Assembly (NCBI GenBank): GCA_963769935.1
Contig: CAVYNY010000013.1
Span: 64,001-128,000 of the forward strand
DNA: 64,000 nt
Reading direction: 5' to 3'
Source of the DNA: an uncultured delta proteobacterium
GTDB lineage: Bacteria > Desulfobacterota > Desulfobacteria > Desulfobacterales > JAFDCJ01
In this document: in pieces, positions 20,242 through 30,109 of the stretch
Layout: every line of letters begins with the position of its first letter
Position numbering within the stretch: the stretch's first letter is position 1
Notes under the pieces: generated by a model
What the model was told of the DNA's origin: nothing
Database searches by the model: none
What the model saw: only the letters and a program-made list of their open reading frames with translations
Position numbers and translations under genes: made by a program

Positions 20242-20865
20242 TTATGAATGGAGTGAGAAGGATTTAATGGAGTTATCAGCCGGGTTCCACACCATATACA
20301 ATCCTCGGGTCAATGCACCGCAGGTTACCACCGAGGGTATTCTTCCCGCCAGATCGATCTTTTCTCCCGGCCCAAGGCGGTGGGATGTGACTCCCCGACC
20401 CTGCGGCTGGACAATTTCCGGGGAATGGCTGTGACCCCTGAAAATAATATGATGGGGAAATTCATTGAAGGAACGAAGTGCTTCACTTTTGCCCAATGTA
20501 CCGATCATGGAGGAAAGACCCAGCGTGTCGGCAAACGGCAGGGAATGGGTAAAAACCGCATTTTGATAAAATTGGATCAACGGCGCGGCCTGCAGATATC
20601 GCCAAACCCCGGGTGCCGCAAACGGGCATTGACGATCGATGTTATTGGCGATGATCGCCTGATCATTGTTGCCCTTGATCATAGTCACATGCTGTTCCTG
20701 CAGAAGACGCAGACAGGCTTCGGCGGTCTCGGGGTGGGCGGAGTCGCAGACATCGCCAAGATGATAGACGGCCAGACAGGCCAATTTTGACAGCATTTCC
20801 AGGGCGGCCTGAATCGTATCGGGCTGTCCGTGGCTGTCGGCCATGATTCCTATTAAAAGCGTCAT
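20242..20865 (-). CDS. Metallophosphoesterase (calcineurin-like)
   Basis: ADSHG, HLGDV, KGNND and GHSH motifs. Confidence 0.88.
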   Translation of the reverse strand: MTLLIGIMADSHGQPDTIQAALEMLSKLACLAVYHLGDVCDSAHPETAEACLRLLQEQHVTMIKGNNDQAIIANNIDRQCPFAAPGVWRYLQAAPLIQFYQNAVFTHSLPFADTLGLSSMIGTLGKSEALRSFNEFPHHIIFRGHSHSPEIVQPQGRGVTSHRLGPGEKIDLAGRIPSVVTCGALTRGLYMVWNPADNSIKSFSLHS

Positions 20866-21036
20866 TTCATCAACACATGAAACTTAAGAAATGAACATCC
20901 TGCCTGACAGCCGGCCAGAAGCGTCTTTACAATTTTACGGCAACCGGGCTTCGGATGACAACCTAAGTACCTTAAAACTCTTAGAAAAAGAAAAGAAAAC
21001 CCTTTTATACCTGAAGCAAGCCTTTATCCGGCCTTA

Positions 21037-21051
21037 TGGAATAAATTTTGC
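21037..21051 (+). promoter_or_regulatory. Sigma-54 promoter candidate upstream of the CheX-FliN gene
   Basis: TGGAAT-AAATT-TTGC with correct GG/GC spacing. Confidence 0.55.
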
Positions 21052-21310
21052 ATTCCTGACCATGCTAACGACCTCAATACGGTACAAAACCGATAAGAGG
21101 GCTGCCTGGTGCGGTTAAAGAATCATAAACCAAAGGACCCGTCTTTAATTTCAGCCCCCCAGGGGTGTTGGTTGGCGACTGTCGACCAAAGAAACAATGC
21201 AACCATATTGTCAGGATACGCGATTTTCTAATGCATGACAAACTCAAATTTCAATCTTTCGCCCAAGGTTCTCCAATCAACAGCTGCTGGGGATCACTTC
21301 GGAACGCCGC

Positions 21311-22867
21311 ATGAGTATAGAAAATTTTGATATCCGGAGCCATGTCGTCGATTCCATTGTCGAGACGTTCGATACGATGGTATCGATGGAAATCGAGGTT
21401 TCTGATTCCGAACCGCCCGATACCACCGGTGTAAGCCGCATGGTGGCCGCCGTGAATTTTGCCGGTCATGTCATCGGACTGATCAATATCCAGGTTACCT
21501 CTGAATTGTCCCGTCAGATGATGGCCAATATGCAGGAAATCGAACCTGAGGAGGTCGAAGATGAAGCCGAAATCAAGGATATGCTGGCTGAAATCACCAA
21601 CATCGTCGGCGGCAATCTGAAATCGGCTTTGAATGATGCCGGTCACACCTGTGTAATTTCAACGCCTTCGCTGACCTACGGGGCCGATTTTTCCATCAAA
21701 TCCCTCAGTATGGAAAGGTTTGAGCGCTTTGTCTTCAGTTACCGGCAAGAATTTATCATTGTGGAAGTCGGTGTCAAAACCCAGCAGATTTCAGCGGAAG
21801 CGGATGATCTCAATGCCAACGATTCTCTGGGCCGGCTAAAGCATGTCGATATCGAAAAAATTAACGACCTGAATTTAAAGACCATCGTCTCCGAGTCGGT
21901 AATTGATGTTTTTGATACGATGCTTTCGGCCAAGCTGGAAATTACCGATACGATTTCCCCTGATAGTCTGGAAAAGGTCCGCAACGTGGGCTCAGTGAGT
22001 TTTGCCGGAGATGCAACCGGTATGGTCAGCATTCATGTGGGGGATAATTTCTCGCGCGAATTGGCGGCCGACATGCTGGGGATGGAGATTGAGGAGCTTG
22101 AGAGCGATGAAGAGATCCGGGATATGCTCGGCGAGTTGAGCAATATCGTCGGCGGAAATTTAAAATCGACATTTACCGATGCCGGCTTGGTCTGTGCCCT
22201 CTCCACCCCTTCCTTCACTACCGGAGCCGACTTCAAAATCGAATCGCTCAATATGGGTAAATATGAACGGTTCGCTTTTAATTGTGATGACAACATCGTT
22301 TTCGTCGAAATGGGGGTAAAGATATCTGAACTGGTGCAGGCAGCCGGCCAGCAGGGTAAGGACATCCACTATTCCGTAGCGGATGCAGCCGGTGCTGAGA
22401 TCCTCTCCGAGGAAGATATCGCAGCTGCGCTTGCAGCAGCAGCAGAAGAAGCCGCCGAAACTGATGCTGTCTCGCCGGCTCCAGTCGCTGAACTTCCGGC
22501 CGAAAATCAGATAACCGCACCGCCGCAGCACCCACCGGTAGAGCCGTCCGCTCAGGAAGCAAATTATGCAGAGCCTGAAGAAGATGCACCGACCCCTCCT
22601 GAAGATTTCGACCTTGAGCTGTTATTTGATATTCCGCTGGAAATCAAGGTTGAACTTGGCCGGGTCCGAATCCAGATCCAGGAATTGCTGAACCTGGTAC
22701 CCGGATCGGCCGTCAAACTAGTCAAGCTTGAGGGGGAGCCGGTTGATATTCTGGCCAACGATACGTTGATCGCCAGAGGCGAAGTCGTCGTTCAAAGGGA
22801 AAAGTACGGCATACGCGTCACCGAGATTACCAGCCGTCTGGATCGGATGAGAAGTTTTAGCATATAA
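21311..22867 (+). CDS. Tandem CheX-like phosphatase domains fused to a C-terminal FliN (SpoA) domain (FliY-like architecture)
   Basis: Two repeats with ExxN motifs (EITNIVGG, ELSNIVGG) and STPS, an acidic Ala/Pro linker, and LFDIPLEIKVELGR...IARGEVVV...YGIRVTEI. Confidence 0.85.
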   Translation: MSIENFDIRSHVVDSIVETFDTMVSMEIEVSDSEPPDTTGVSRMVAAVNFAGHVIGLINIQVTSELSRQMMANMQEIEPEEVEDEAEIKDMLAEITNIVGGNLKSALNDAGHTCVISTPSLTYGADFSIKSLSMERFERFVFSYRQEFIIVEVGVKTQQISAEADDLNANDSLGRLKHVDIEKINDLNLKTIVSESVIDVFDTMLSAKLEITDTISPDSLEKVRNVGSVSFAGDATGMVSIHVGDNFSRELAADMLGMEIEELESDEEIRDMLGELSNIVGGNLKSTFTDAGLVCALSTPSFTTGADFKIESLNMGKYERFAFNCDDNIVFVEMGVKISELVQAAGQQGKDIHYSVADAAGAEILSEEDIAAALAAAAEEAAETDAVSPAPVAELPAENQITAPPQHPPVEPSAQEANYAEPEEDAPTPPEDFDLELLFDIPLEIKVELGRVRIQIQELLNLVPGSAVKLVKLEGEPVDILANDTLIARGEVVVQREKYGIRVTEITSRLDRMRSFSI

Positions 22868-22880
22868 CTTTCGTCATTCG

Positions 22881-23378
22881 TCAATCGTCATTCAAAGACG
22901 GCACCTTCAATACCCTAACCTCATGGCCGGTTTTGGCGATAAATCGCCTCAAATTCTCGCGGGAAATAACCAGGGTGCTGGTGTTTACCAGCGGATGAAA
23001 CTGAAAAGCCTCTGCTTCCCATAAATTCTCATCGACAATTAGTTCCACCGCCTGGTGGGGATCATTGAAAACGGCGAACAGAGTGACGGAACCGGGTTCT
23101 ACGCCGAGATACTTTTTGAGCCGATCCGCTGATCCAAAACTTAAGCGGTCTGATCCAACCACTTGCGGCAAAGCTTTTATGTCGACCCTTTTTTCAGCCG
23201 GAACGACTACCAGGAAATGCCGCTTTCCTTTTTTATCCCGCAGGAATAGATTCTTGGTCTTGGCGGCCGGCAGCGGCGGCACCAGGCGGCCGGCTTCTTC
23301 TACCGTATAAACCGGCGGATGATCGTGTCGTTCGTACTCAATGCGGTTCTTCTCTAGAAACTTATAAAAATCGTACAT
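22881..23378 (-). CDS. YbaK/ProX family prolyl-tRNA editing protein
   Basis: HPPVYTVEEA, KNLFLRDKKG, LGVEPGSVT and FHPLVNT. Confidence 0.92.
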   Translation of the reverse strand: MYDFYKFLEKNRIEYERHDHPPVYTVEEAGRLVPPLPAAKTKNLFLRDKKGKRHFLVVVPAEKRVDIKALPQVVGSDRLSFGSADRLKKYLGVEPGSVTLFAVFNDPHQAVELIVDENLWEAEAFQFHPLVNTSTLVISRENLRRFIAKTGHEVRVLKVPSLNDD

Positions 23379-23425
23379 GTTTCTCTGCTAAGCCCGATAA
23401 GTCTGAGCCTAATGTGCTCGATGTA

Positions 23426-23560
23426 TGTTGTGTGTTGTGAGTTGCAGGTTGCTGGTTGTGATTAGTTGAGGTGGCGAACGTCATCTTTTAAATCTTCAAG
23501 GATGAAGATAAAAATTCGACGTAATCCGTTTTTACAACAAACCACAAACAACACGCAACC
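23426..23560. repeat. Gene-less inverted-repeat element (GTTGTGT-type 7-mers)
   Basis: TGTTGTGTGTTGTGAGTTGCAGGTTG ... ACAACAAACCACAAACAACACGCAAC; a similar right arm lies at 17041-17060. Confidence 0.65.
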
Positions 23561-23609
23561 GACACTTTGATCAACCCTTAAGCTTCGATCATGGGGTTAA
23601 CTTTCATAC

Positions 23610-23954
23610 TTAATCTGCCTTGTTTATATTGCCGCTATGTCCGTCAATGGTTGATGTCGGGAAAATGGGGGTGTCTTTCAGCGCTTTATCCGGATATTTT
23701 CCAAGGGAGCTGCCGGTATGGCAGCCCGGCCAGCATCGCACCCGGTAATAACGAACCGGATGATCCGGCACCGGACCATCGCTGGGATAATAGATGCCGG
23801 GTGCAATCGGTACCTCCCACGTGATCTTTTCCGGGGACGGGCCCGCGTTAGCTTGTGAACTCTTCGATCCTGCGGTATGGCTGCCGAAAACCGGCAGCAA
23901 CCCCACAACAGATACCAGGAACAAACAGGAAACAAGGAAAATGATAGGTTTCAT
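23610..23954 (-). CDS. Small exported Pro-rich protein with a CX3CH motif
   Basis: RBS AAGGAGG, signal peptide, RCWPGCHTG. Confidence 0.7.
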   Translation of the reverse strand: MKPIIFLVSCLFLVSVVGLLPVFGSHTAGSKSSQANAGPSPEKITWEVPIAPGIYYPSDGPVPDHPVRYYRVRCWPGCHTGSSLGKYPDKALKDTPIFPTSTIDGHSGNINKAD

Positions 23955-24026
23955 TTTAAGTTCCTCCTTTCACCTGTGGTTCGTCCAGAGTAACATTAAA
24001 GTCAGTTTTTGATAAGTCTGCCCTTA

Positions 24027-25424
24027 TTATTCGCTGGCCAGCGCTTCAACCTCTTCAATATTTTTCGCAATGGGTCTTCCCAGTACCCGCCGACCGTCGG
24101 GTAGAACCAGGACATCATCTTCAATGCGAACGCCTCCGAAATCCCGATAGGCTTCGACTTTGGCATAATCAATAAATTCTGCGAATTTTTTTTCAGCCTT
24201 CCACTGATCCATAAGATGGGGCATAAAATACAAACCGGGCTCGACTGTTAGAACAAAACCGGGCTCAAGCTTTCTGGCAAGCCTCAAATAACAAAGACCA
24301 AACTGCGGATTTCTCGAAATGGTATCCGTGTACCCCACATAGTCTTCGCCCAGATCTTCCATGTCATGCACGTCCAGACCCAGCATATGTCCCAGGCCGT
24401 GGGGCAAGAACAGGGCATGCGCACCGGCGGCAACGGCTTCGTCCACGTCGCCCGACATTAAACCCAGGGCTTTTAAACCCAGTACCACCTCTCTGGCTGC
24501 AATAAGATGCACTTCACGGTATTCAATGCCGGTGCGGATACTTTCAATTGCTTTTTGTTGGGCCTGCAAAACGACGGCATAAATTTCCTTTTGCCGCGGG
24601 GTAAATTTCCCGCCGACCGGAAAGGTTCTGGTGATATCGCCGGCATAGTGCAGGGCCGACTCACACCCGGAGTCGTTGATGACCAAAGCCCCGGCTTGCA
24701 TCTGATTGCCGTGTCGTGGATTATGAAGGATCTGCCCTTGCGTCGTAAAAATAATCGGATAGGCCAGCCCGCTGCCGGCCCGGGCATAGGCACACGCGAC
24801 CATGGCTGCGACGATCTCATTTTCACTCATACCCGGCTGCGCCATTCTCATTGCCAGGGTTTGCATATCATAGGTAACATCAAGCGCGGTCTCGATCTGC
24901 TGAATTTCTTCTTCGGTCTTGACAGACCGCTGGGCCACCACGGCTTTGATGAGGGCCGGCGAGGCATGATAGTTGACAACCGCAACGTTCAGCCCCAGCA
25001 AATCCTGAATCTTGATAAGGTTCTCCGGCCGATATTGGGGCAGAAAATGAATACGGCGACCCTTTCGCACGGCTTCATTTATGGTGACATTTAGCTGCGC
25101 CAGGGTGGCCTCATCTTTTACACCACATTTCAGGCAATGCGCTTTTAATGATGGTTGGGGTCCGCTCCAGATGATGTCATCGACCGTCGATTCCGAACCG
25201 AACACGATTTCCCGGTCCTGCTCGATGTCGATGATCGCCGCCAGTCCCGGCAAATCAATACCCCAGAAGTACAGAAAGGAGCTGTCCTGCCGGAATAAAT
25301 ATTGGTTGTCCGGAAAGTTCATCGGACTTCTTTGGTTGCCTAAAAATAAAATGAGGCCGGATTTCAGATCTTCCTGCAAACGTCTGCGTCTGGCGATGTA
25401 CGTCTCTGCTGAAAACATCTTCAT
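24027..25424 (-). CDS. pepP: Xaa-Pro aminopeptidase (M24B)
   Basis: FRQDSSFLY, DITRTFP, HGLGHMLGLDVHD, TVEPGLYF and GGVRIEDD. Confidence 0.93.
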   Translation of the reverse strand: MKMFSAETYIARRRRLQEDLKSGLILFLGNQRSPMNFPDNQYLFRQDSSFLYFWGIDLPGLAAIIDIEQDREIVFGSESTVDDIIWSGPQPSLKAHCLKCGVKDEATLAQLNVTINEAVRKGRRIHFLPQYRPENLIKIQDLLGLNVAVVNYHASPALIKAVVAQRSVKTEEEIQQIETALDVTYDMQTLAMRMAQPGMSENEIVAAMVACAYARAGSGLAYPIIFTTQGQILHNPRHGNQMQAGALVINDSGCESALHYAGDITRTFPVGGKFTPRQKEIYAVVLQAQQKAIESIRTGIEYREVHLIAAREVVLGLKALGLMSGDVDEAVAAGAHALFLPHGLGHMLGLDVHDMEDLGEDYVGYTDTISRNPQFGLCYLRLARKLEPGFVLTVEPGLYFMPHLMDQWKAEKKFAEFIDYAKVEAYRDFGGVRIEDDVLVLPDGRRVLGRPIAKNIEEVEALASE

Positions 25425-25530
25425 TTACTCCCTGATAATATTTAACCGGTTTCTCCAATATCGATCGCGATCTAATTATTTAACTTAACATAGGTAGAAC
25501 GCAAATACTAATAATTATAGCTTTTTTCTA

Positions 25531-25636
25531 CCCTCTGACCTCTGTCTTCTGACACCTGAAACCTCATATCCCTCCTCTGTCTTCCGTCCCTTTTTAATCT
25601 CACCTTCCCAACCTTGCTGCCTTCTTTCTTTCTCAT
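25531..25636. repeat. Pyrimidine-rich degenerate 7/8-mer repeats
   Basis: CCTCTGA CCTCTGT CTTCTGA CACCTGA and TCTCACCT TCCCAACC directly after the oppF-like stop. Confidence 0.65.
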
Positions 25637-26632
25637 CTACCCAAGGGCCTTCAGTCTCACGGGACATGCCACCCAGTGATCACCGGCAACTTTTTCAAGA
25701 ATCGGCATCTCGACTGAGCATTCCGGGATAGCATAGGAGCAGCGGGGATGAAACCGGCACCCCGCGGGCGGATCGATGGCGCTGGGAATCTCACCCTTGG
25801 GAATGGGATCGGTGCGTCGAAACTTGGGGTCCGGCACCGGTACTGCCGCCAGCAGCGAAATTGTATAGGGATGCACCGGACGTTTGAATACTTCATCTAA
25901 GGGGCCTATTTCAAGGATCTGCCCCAGATACATGATGGCAAGGCGGTCGCAGATATATTTACAGGTGGCCAAATCGTGGGTTATAAAAAGATAGGTCAGG
26001 TCGAACTCTTCTTTTAATTTAACCATCAGTTCCAGAATCATCGATCTGACGGAAACGTCGGCCATGGCGATCGGCTCATCAGCCACCACGAAATCCGGAT
26101 TCGTGATCAAGGCCCTGGCAATTACAACCCGCTGGCGCTGACCCCCGGAGAGTTGATGCGGGTATTTCCGGCTCAAAAAACGGGCGGGTGCAAGCCCGAC
26201 CTTTTCCATGATCTCATGGGTCATATCCCTGATTTCAGCCGGTTTGTACGCGGTATGGATTTTCAGCGGATATCCGATGGAAGCCCCGATGCTCATGCGC
26301 GGGCTCAAAGATGCGAAAGGATCTTGAAAAATAACCTGGATTTTTTCACGCATCCGGCGCATCTCCTCTTTCTTTTTCAGGGCCAGAGACTTTCCACGGT
26401 ATAAAATTTCCCCGGCGGTAGGTTCCACCAGCTTCAATACCAATCTGCCGGTAGTGGTCTTCCCGCAACCGCTTTCGCCGGCCAGTCCCAATACTTCGCC
26501 TTCCCGGATAAAGAATGAAATATCGTCAACGGCGTGAACGACCCGCTTTTCCTTCGACAGCAATTGCGCCAGGAACCCCTTGTCCAGCGCAAAATGTTTA
26601 ATCAGATTTTTAACTTCAAGCAATTTTTCCAT
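25637..26632 (-). CDS. Oligopeptide/dipeptide ABC transporter ATPase (OppF-like)
   Basis: GESGCGKT, LSGGQRQR, HPYT and GCRFHPRC. Confidence 0.93.
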   Translation of the reverse strand: MEKLLEVKNLIKHFALDKGFLAQLLSKEKRVVHAVDDISFFIREGEVLGLAGESGCGKTTTGRLVLKLVEPTAGEILYRGKSLALKKKEEMRRMREKIQVIFQDPFASLSPRMSIGASIGYPLKIHTAYKPAEIRDMTHEIMEKVGLAPARFLSRKYPHQLSGGQRQRVVIARALITNPDFVVADEPIAMADVSVRSMILELMVKLKEEFDLTYLFITHDLATCKYICDRLAIMYLGQILEIGPLDEVFKRPVHPYTISLLAAVPVPDPKFRRTDPIPKGEIPSAIDPPAGCRFHPRCSYAIPECSVEMPILEKVAGDHWVACPVRLKALG

Positions 26633-26648
26633 GGTCTAATTCTGAGAC

Positions 26649-27608
26649 TTAATCATACAGCCAGCATGCGGCAAGATGGCCGTCATCTTCAAAAAACGGC
26701 GGAATCTCCCGGCGGCATTTGTCCATGACGTACGGACACCTGGGGTGGAATACGCAGCCGGAGGGCGGATCCACCAGATCCGGCGGTGCGCCCGGCATGG
26801 AGTGAAGCTCCGGCTGGTCCAGTTTGATGTTCGGAATGGATGTCAGAAGCCCCTGAGTGTAAGGATGTCTGGGATCGGCAAATACGGCCTCGACGCTGCC
26901 GGTTTCCGCCAGACGGCCGCCATACATGACCGAAACCCGATCCGCCAGTTGGGCAACGATGCCGATATTGTGAGAGATGAGCAGGATGGTCAGGTTGAAC
27001 TGTCGGCGCAGCTCGTTTAGAAGATCCAGGAATTGGGCTTCAACAATCACATCCAGTGCCGTCGTCGGTTCATCGGCAATAAGCAGATCCGGGTTCAGCA
27101 CCAGGGCGATTCCGATCATTATTCTCTGCCGCATACCGCCGGACATCTGATGGGGGTATTCGTACAGCCGATCCGGTGCAATCCCCAGACGTTCGAGCAT
27201 ATTTGCCGCCCGTTCACGGGCCTCTTTTCTGGAAACCCCTTTTTCATGGGTTTGGATGGTTTCCACGAACTGGTCGCCGACGCGGAAAAGCGGATTGAGC
27301 GATGTCAGCGGGTCTTGAAAAATCATGGCGATACGTTTGCCCCTGATACGCAGGAGTTCGTTTTCACTCATGGTCACAATGTCGGTGCCATGATAGAGTA
27401 TCCGGCCTCCGGCGATTTTTCCCGGGGGTCTGAGCAGCCTGAGAATGGAAAAACCCAGGGTGGATTTGCCGCAGCCGGACTCTCCCACCAGTCCCATGAC
27501 CTCGCCTTGCCTGAGGCCCAGGGTTACATTTTCAACTGCGCGGACCGTCCCGATGTGGATGGGAAAATGCACGTGCAGGTTTTCGATTTCAAGGATATTG
27601 CTGCTCAC
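26649..27608 (-). CDS. Oligopeptide/dipeptide ABC transporter ATPase (OppD-like)
   Basis: [20 protein letters not shown] and DEPTTALD. Confidence 0.93.
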   Translation of the reverse strand: MSSNILEIENLHVHFPIHIGTVRAVENVTLGLRQGEVMGLVGESGCGKSTLGFSILRLLRPPGKIAGGRILYHGTDIVTMSENELLRIRGKRIAMIFQDPLTSLNPLFRVGDQFVETIQTHEKGVSRKEARERAANMLERLGIAPDRLYEYPHQMSGGMRQRIMIGIALVLNPDLLIADEPTTALDVIVEAQFLDLLNELRRQFNLTILLISHNIGIVAQLADRVSVMYGGRLAETGSVEAVFADPRHPYTQGLLTSIPNIKLDQPELHSMPGAPPDLVDPPSGCVFHPRCPYVMDKCRREIPPFFEDDGHLAACWLYD

Positions 27609-27609
27609 A

Positions 27610-28494
27610 CTAGCGCTCCAGCAATCTGGGATTCAAAATTTCAGAAAGCCCTTCACCCAGCATGGTAAACCCTACCGCTAATAGCGAAATCATGGCGCCC
27701 GGAAAAGTAATCAGCCACCACTGGCCCGACGGCAAAAACTTTTTCCCCATGGCAAGATCCATACCCCAGTCCACCACGCTGGGCGGCAGTCCCAAACCCA
27801 GGTAAGTTAAAGCCGCCTCGATCATGATGGCATCCCCGACGTTCATGGTAAACACCACGGCCGTAGTGGCAATGACATTGGGGAAAATATATTTCCACAG
27901 GATCGTTTTACCGGGGGCACCAATGGCCTTGGCCGCCTCGACATACAGCTCTTCCTTGATGGTCAAGGTCTGTCCGCGCACCAGCCGAAAATAGGTCGGA
28001 ATATAAATGATCGCCACAGCGAACGTAATGCTGATGACGCCCGGCTCAAGCATGGCCGCAAAAACGATGGCCAGAATCAGACCCGGGAAGGAGTAAACGG
28101 AGTCCATGACGAGGGATAAAATCCGGTCGAAGGCCCCGCCTGAAAATCCGGATATCAGCCCCATGGTAATGCCGACCAGCGAAGATATGACGGCCGCCAG
28201 AATGGCCACCCCCAGAATCGTCCGGGCGCCGTAAATGATGCGGGAAAACACGTCGCGCTGCAAATTGTCGGTCCCCATTAAATGCGCCTCACTGGGCGGA
28301 GCCAGCTGAGGGCCGGTATTCTGGTCATAAGGACTGTAGGGTGCAATGGCTCCGGCAAACAGGGCCATCAACATAATCCCCACAATGATGACGCCGCCGG
28401 CCACCAGAATCCACCACTCAACGCCGTACTTCTGTCCCATGCGCGCGAAGCGCCCGATCAATCCGGCCAAAGCCTCTGTGGGAGAATGTTTCAT
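27610..28494 (-). CDS. Peptide ABC transporter permease (OppC-like)
   Basis: [28 protein letters not shown] loop and WWLITFPG. Confidence 0.92.
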   Translation of the reverse strand: MKHSPTEALAGLIGRFARMGQKYGVEWWILVAGGVIIVGIMLMALFAGAIAPYSPYDQNTGPQLAPPSEAHLMGTDNLQRDVFSRIIYGARTILGVAILAAVISSLVGITMGLISGFSGGAFDRILSLVMDSVYSFPGLILAIVFAAMLEPGVISITFAVAIIYIPTYFRLVRGQTLTIKEELYVEAAKAIGAPGKTILWKYIFPNVIATTAVVFTMNVGDAIMIEAALTYLGLGLPPSVVDWGMDLAMGKKFLPSGQWWLITFPGAMISLLAVGFTMLGEGLSEILNPRLLER

Positions 28495-28500
28495 AATAAT

Positions 28501-28998
28501 ATTGAATATTGTAGATTGAAAATTGAATATTTAATGAATTCTGTCGATTTTATCCTTTGCGCTCGCGGTTTTTCTGGAAGCCGCGAAAATTGCAGTTAGC
28601 TCTTTAGATTCATTAAGTAATTGCTCAACCAGTTTCTTTTCCAACAGACCTTCATCGATGATAAATTCCAACCAGAATGCAGTCTCATCTGTTTCCTCCA
28701 AAACGATACTTATCTTTGCAACAAAGCTCGCCTTTGATTGCGATAGGCAAGTTGCTCGATAGTTAGCAGCTGCGGACGTCGAACACCTGATAACCTGTCC
28801 CCGAAGATGTTTGCCCAAAGCAGTTTCCGGCAAGGCCATCGCCAGCTTCACGCAGCGATGGGCAAACTCTTTGGTCCTTTTTACCAGCTCTTCACTTTTC
28901 ATATTCACTCACCGATAGAATCAATCTCCATATTTCTGACAAACAATCAGAAGGATAGAATTCCACAAATATTCAATCTTCAATTTTCAATCTTCAAT
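28501..28998. mobile_element. Four-helix-bundle cassette bounded by 45-bp inverted arms of (A/G)ATTGAA-type 7-mers
   Basis: 28501-28545 versus the reverse complement of 28954-28998: 37 of 45 identical, colinear. Fills the oppB-oppC junction. Mobility is inferred. Confidence 0.65.
28531..28908 (-). CDS. Four helix bundle protein (23S rRNA IVS protein / Avd-like family)
   Basis: RTKEFA, QVIRCSTSAAANYRA, SKASFVAKISIVLEETDETAFWLE and ESKELTAIF. Confidence 0.92.
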   Translation of the reverse strand: MNMKSEELVKRTKEFAHRCVKLAMALPETALGKHLRGQVIRCSTSAAANYRATCLSQSKASFVAKISIVLEETDETAFWLEFIIDEGLLEKKLVEQLLNESKELTAIFAASRKTASAKDKIDRIH

Positions 28999-28999
28999 C

Positions 29000-30016
29000 C
29001 TAGTATCTCACCCTCGGATCCACCAGGGCGTAGATGATGTCAACCAGCAAAGATACCAGGGCAACGATCACTGCAAAAATCACGATGACCCCCTGAATGG
29101 TCGGATAATCCCGCAGGTAGATCCGTTCCAGCAGCAGCCGACCCATTCCGGGCCAGGAGAACGTCGTTTCAGTCAGCACGGCACCGGCCATCAGAAGGGC
29201 GACCTGCAGCCCCATCATGGTCAGGATCGGCACAAAGGCATTCATAATGGCATGTTTGTATACCACGCGCCAGTGTTTAATGCCCCGGGCCTCGGCCGCC
29301 AGAATATAGTCGGACTTGAGAACATCGAGCATGTTGGCCCGTGTCAGACGAATGAATATTCCCGAGAGCGTCAGCCCCAGGGTAACGCACGGCAAAACCA
29401 GATGCATCAGCACGTCGCCGAGGGCCGCAAAGTCTCCGGCTAAAATCGTGTCCAGCACGTAAAAGCCGGTTCGCTCGAAGGCGGCGGTAAACACCCGGGC
29501 ACCGGTTCTGCCGGCGATGGGAAAGATGTCCAGCCATATGCCGAAAATCATCTGCAGCATCAGACCCAGCCAGTAGACCGGAATGCAGTAAATCACGATT
29601 CCATATAGGCGGATGCCGTAGTCCTGTGGCGACCGGCGTTTATCGGCGGCATAGGCTCCCAGGGGAACTCCCACCAGAATCGTAATGAGCATTCCGAAAA
29701 AAGTCAGTTCTCCGGTAGCCGGAAGTTTATCTTTAATGGCATCAACAACCCGCTGTTTGAAGATCATGGAATCCCCCAGATTCAGCCGGCAGATCTGCAG
29801 CAGATAGCTCCCGTATTGAACGATCAGGGGCCGGTTGAGTCCCAATTCCTCCTTTTTTTCTTCGATGACCTTTTCGGGTGCATGGCCTCCCAGCATGGCA
29901 CCGACGGGGTTTCCAGGCATGATGCGGACAACTACGAAGACAATCGACAAAAGGATAAAGAGCATGGGGATGGTGAGCAAGGTCCGCGCAACAATGTATT
30001 GAAGCAGGTTTTTCAT
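29000..30016 (-). CDS. Peptide ABC transporter permease (OppB-like)
   Basis: MPGNP, LGLNRPL, DYILAAEARG, ETTFSWPGMG, RDYP and DPRVRY. Confidence 0.93.
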   Translation of the reverse strand: MKNLLQYIVARTLLTIPMLFILLSIVFVVVRIMPGNPVGAMLGGHAPEKVIEEKKEELGLNRPLIVQYGSYLLQICRLNLGDSMIFKQRVVDAIKDKLPATGELTFFGMLITILVGVPLGAYAADKRRSPQDYGIRLYGIVIYCIPVYWLGLMLQMIFGIWLDIFPIAGRTGARVFTAAFERTGFYVLDTILAGDFAALGDVLMHLVLPCVTLGLTLSGIFIRLTRANMLDVLKSDYILAAEARGIKHWRVVYKHAIMNAFVPILTMMGLQVALLMAGAVLTETTFSWPGMGRLLLERIYLRDYPTIQGVIVIFAVIVALVSLLVDIIYALVDPRVRY

Positions 30017-30065
30017 GAATGCCTGAAGGGTATGTAATCTGGCGCCGTCAAGAATTGAAAGAAAT

Positions 30066-30095
30066 ATGGGATTCGCCTCCTCAGACGAATCCCAT
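30066..30095 (-). terminator. Hairpin after the binding-protein gene (partial terminator or mRNA stabiliser)
   Basis: ATGGGATTCG / CGAATCCCAT 10-bp stem followed by ATTTCTTTC on the minus strand. Confidence 0.65.
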
Positions 30096-30109
30096 TGCGC
30101 AGCCGTTAT

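Noticed and set aside
21060..21310. c-di-GMP riboswitch upstream of the CheX-FliN gene
   Set aside because: I could not find the GGCAAAC...GAAA...GACGCAAAG core; an Rfam scan would be needed to exclude it fully.
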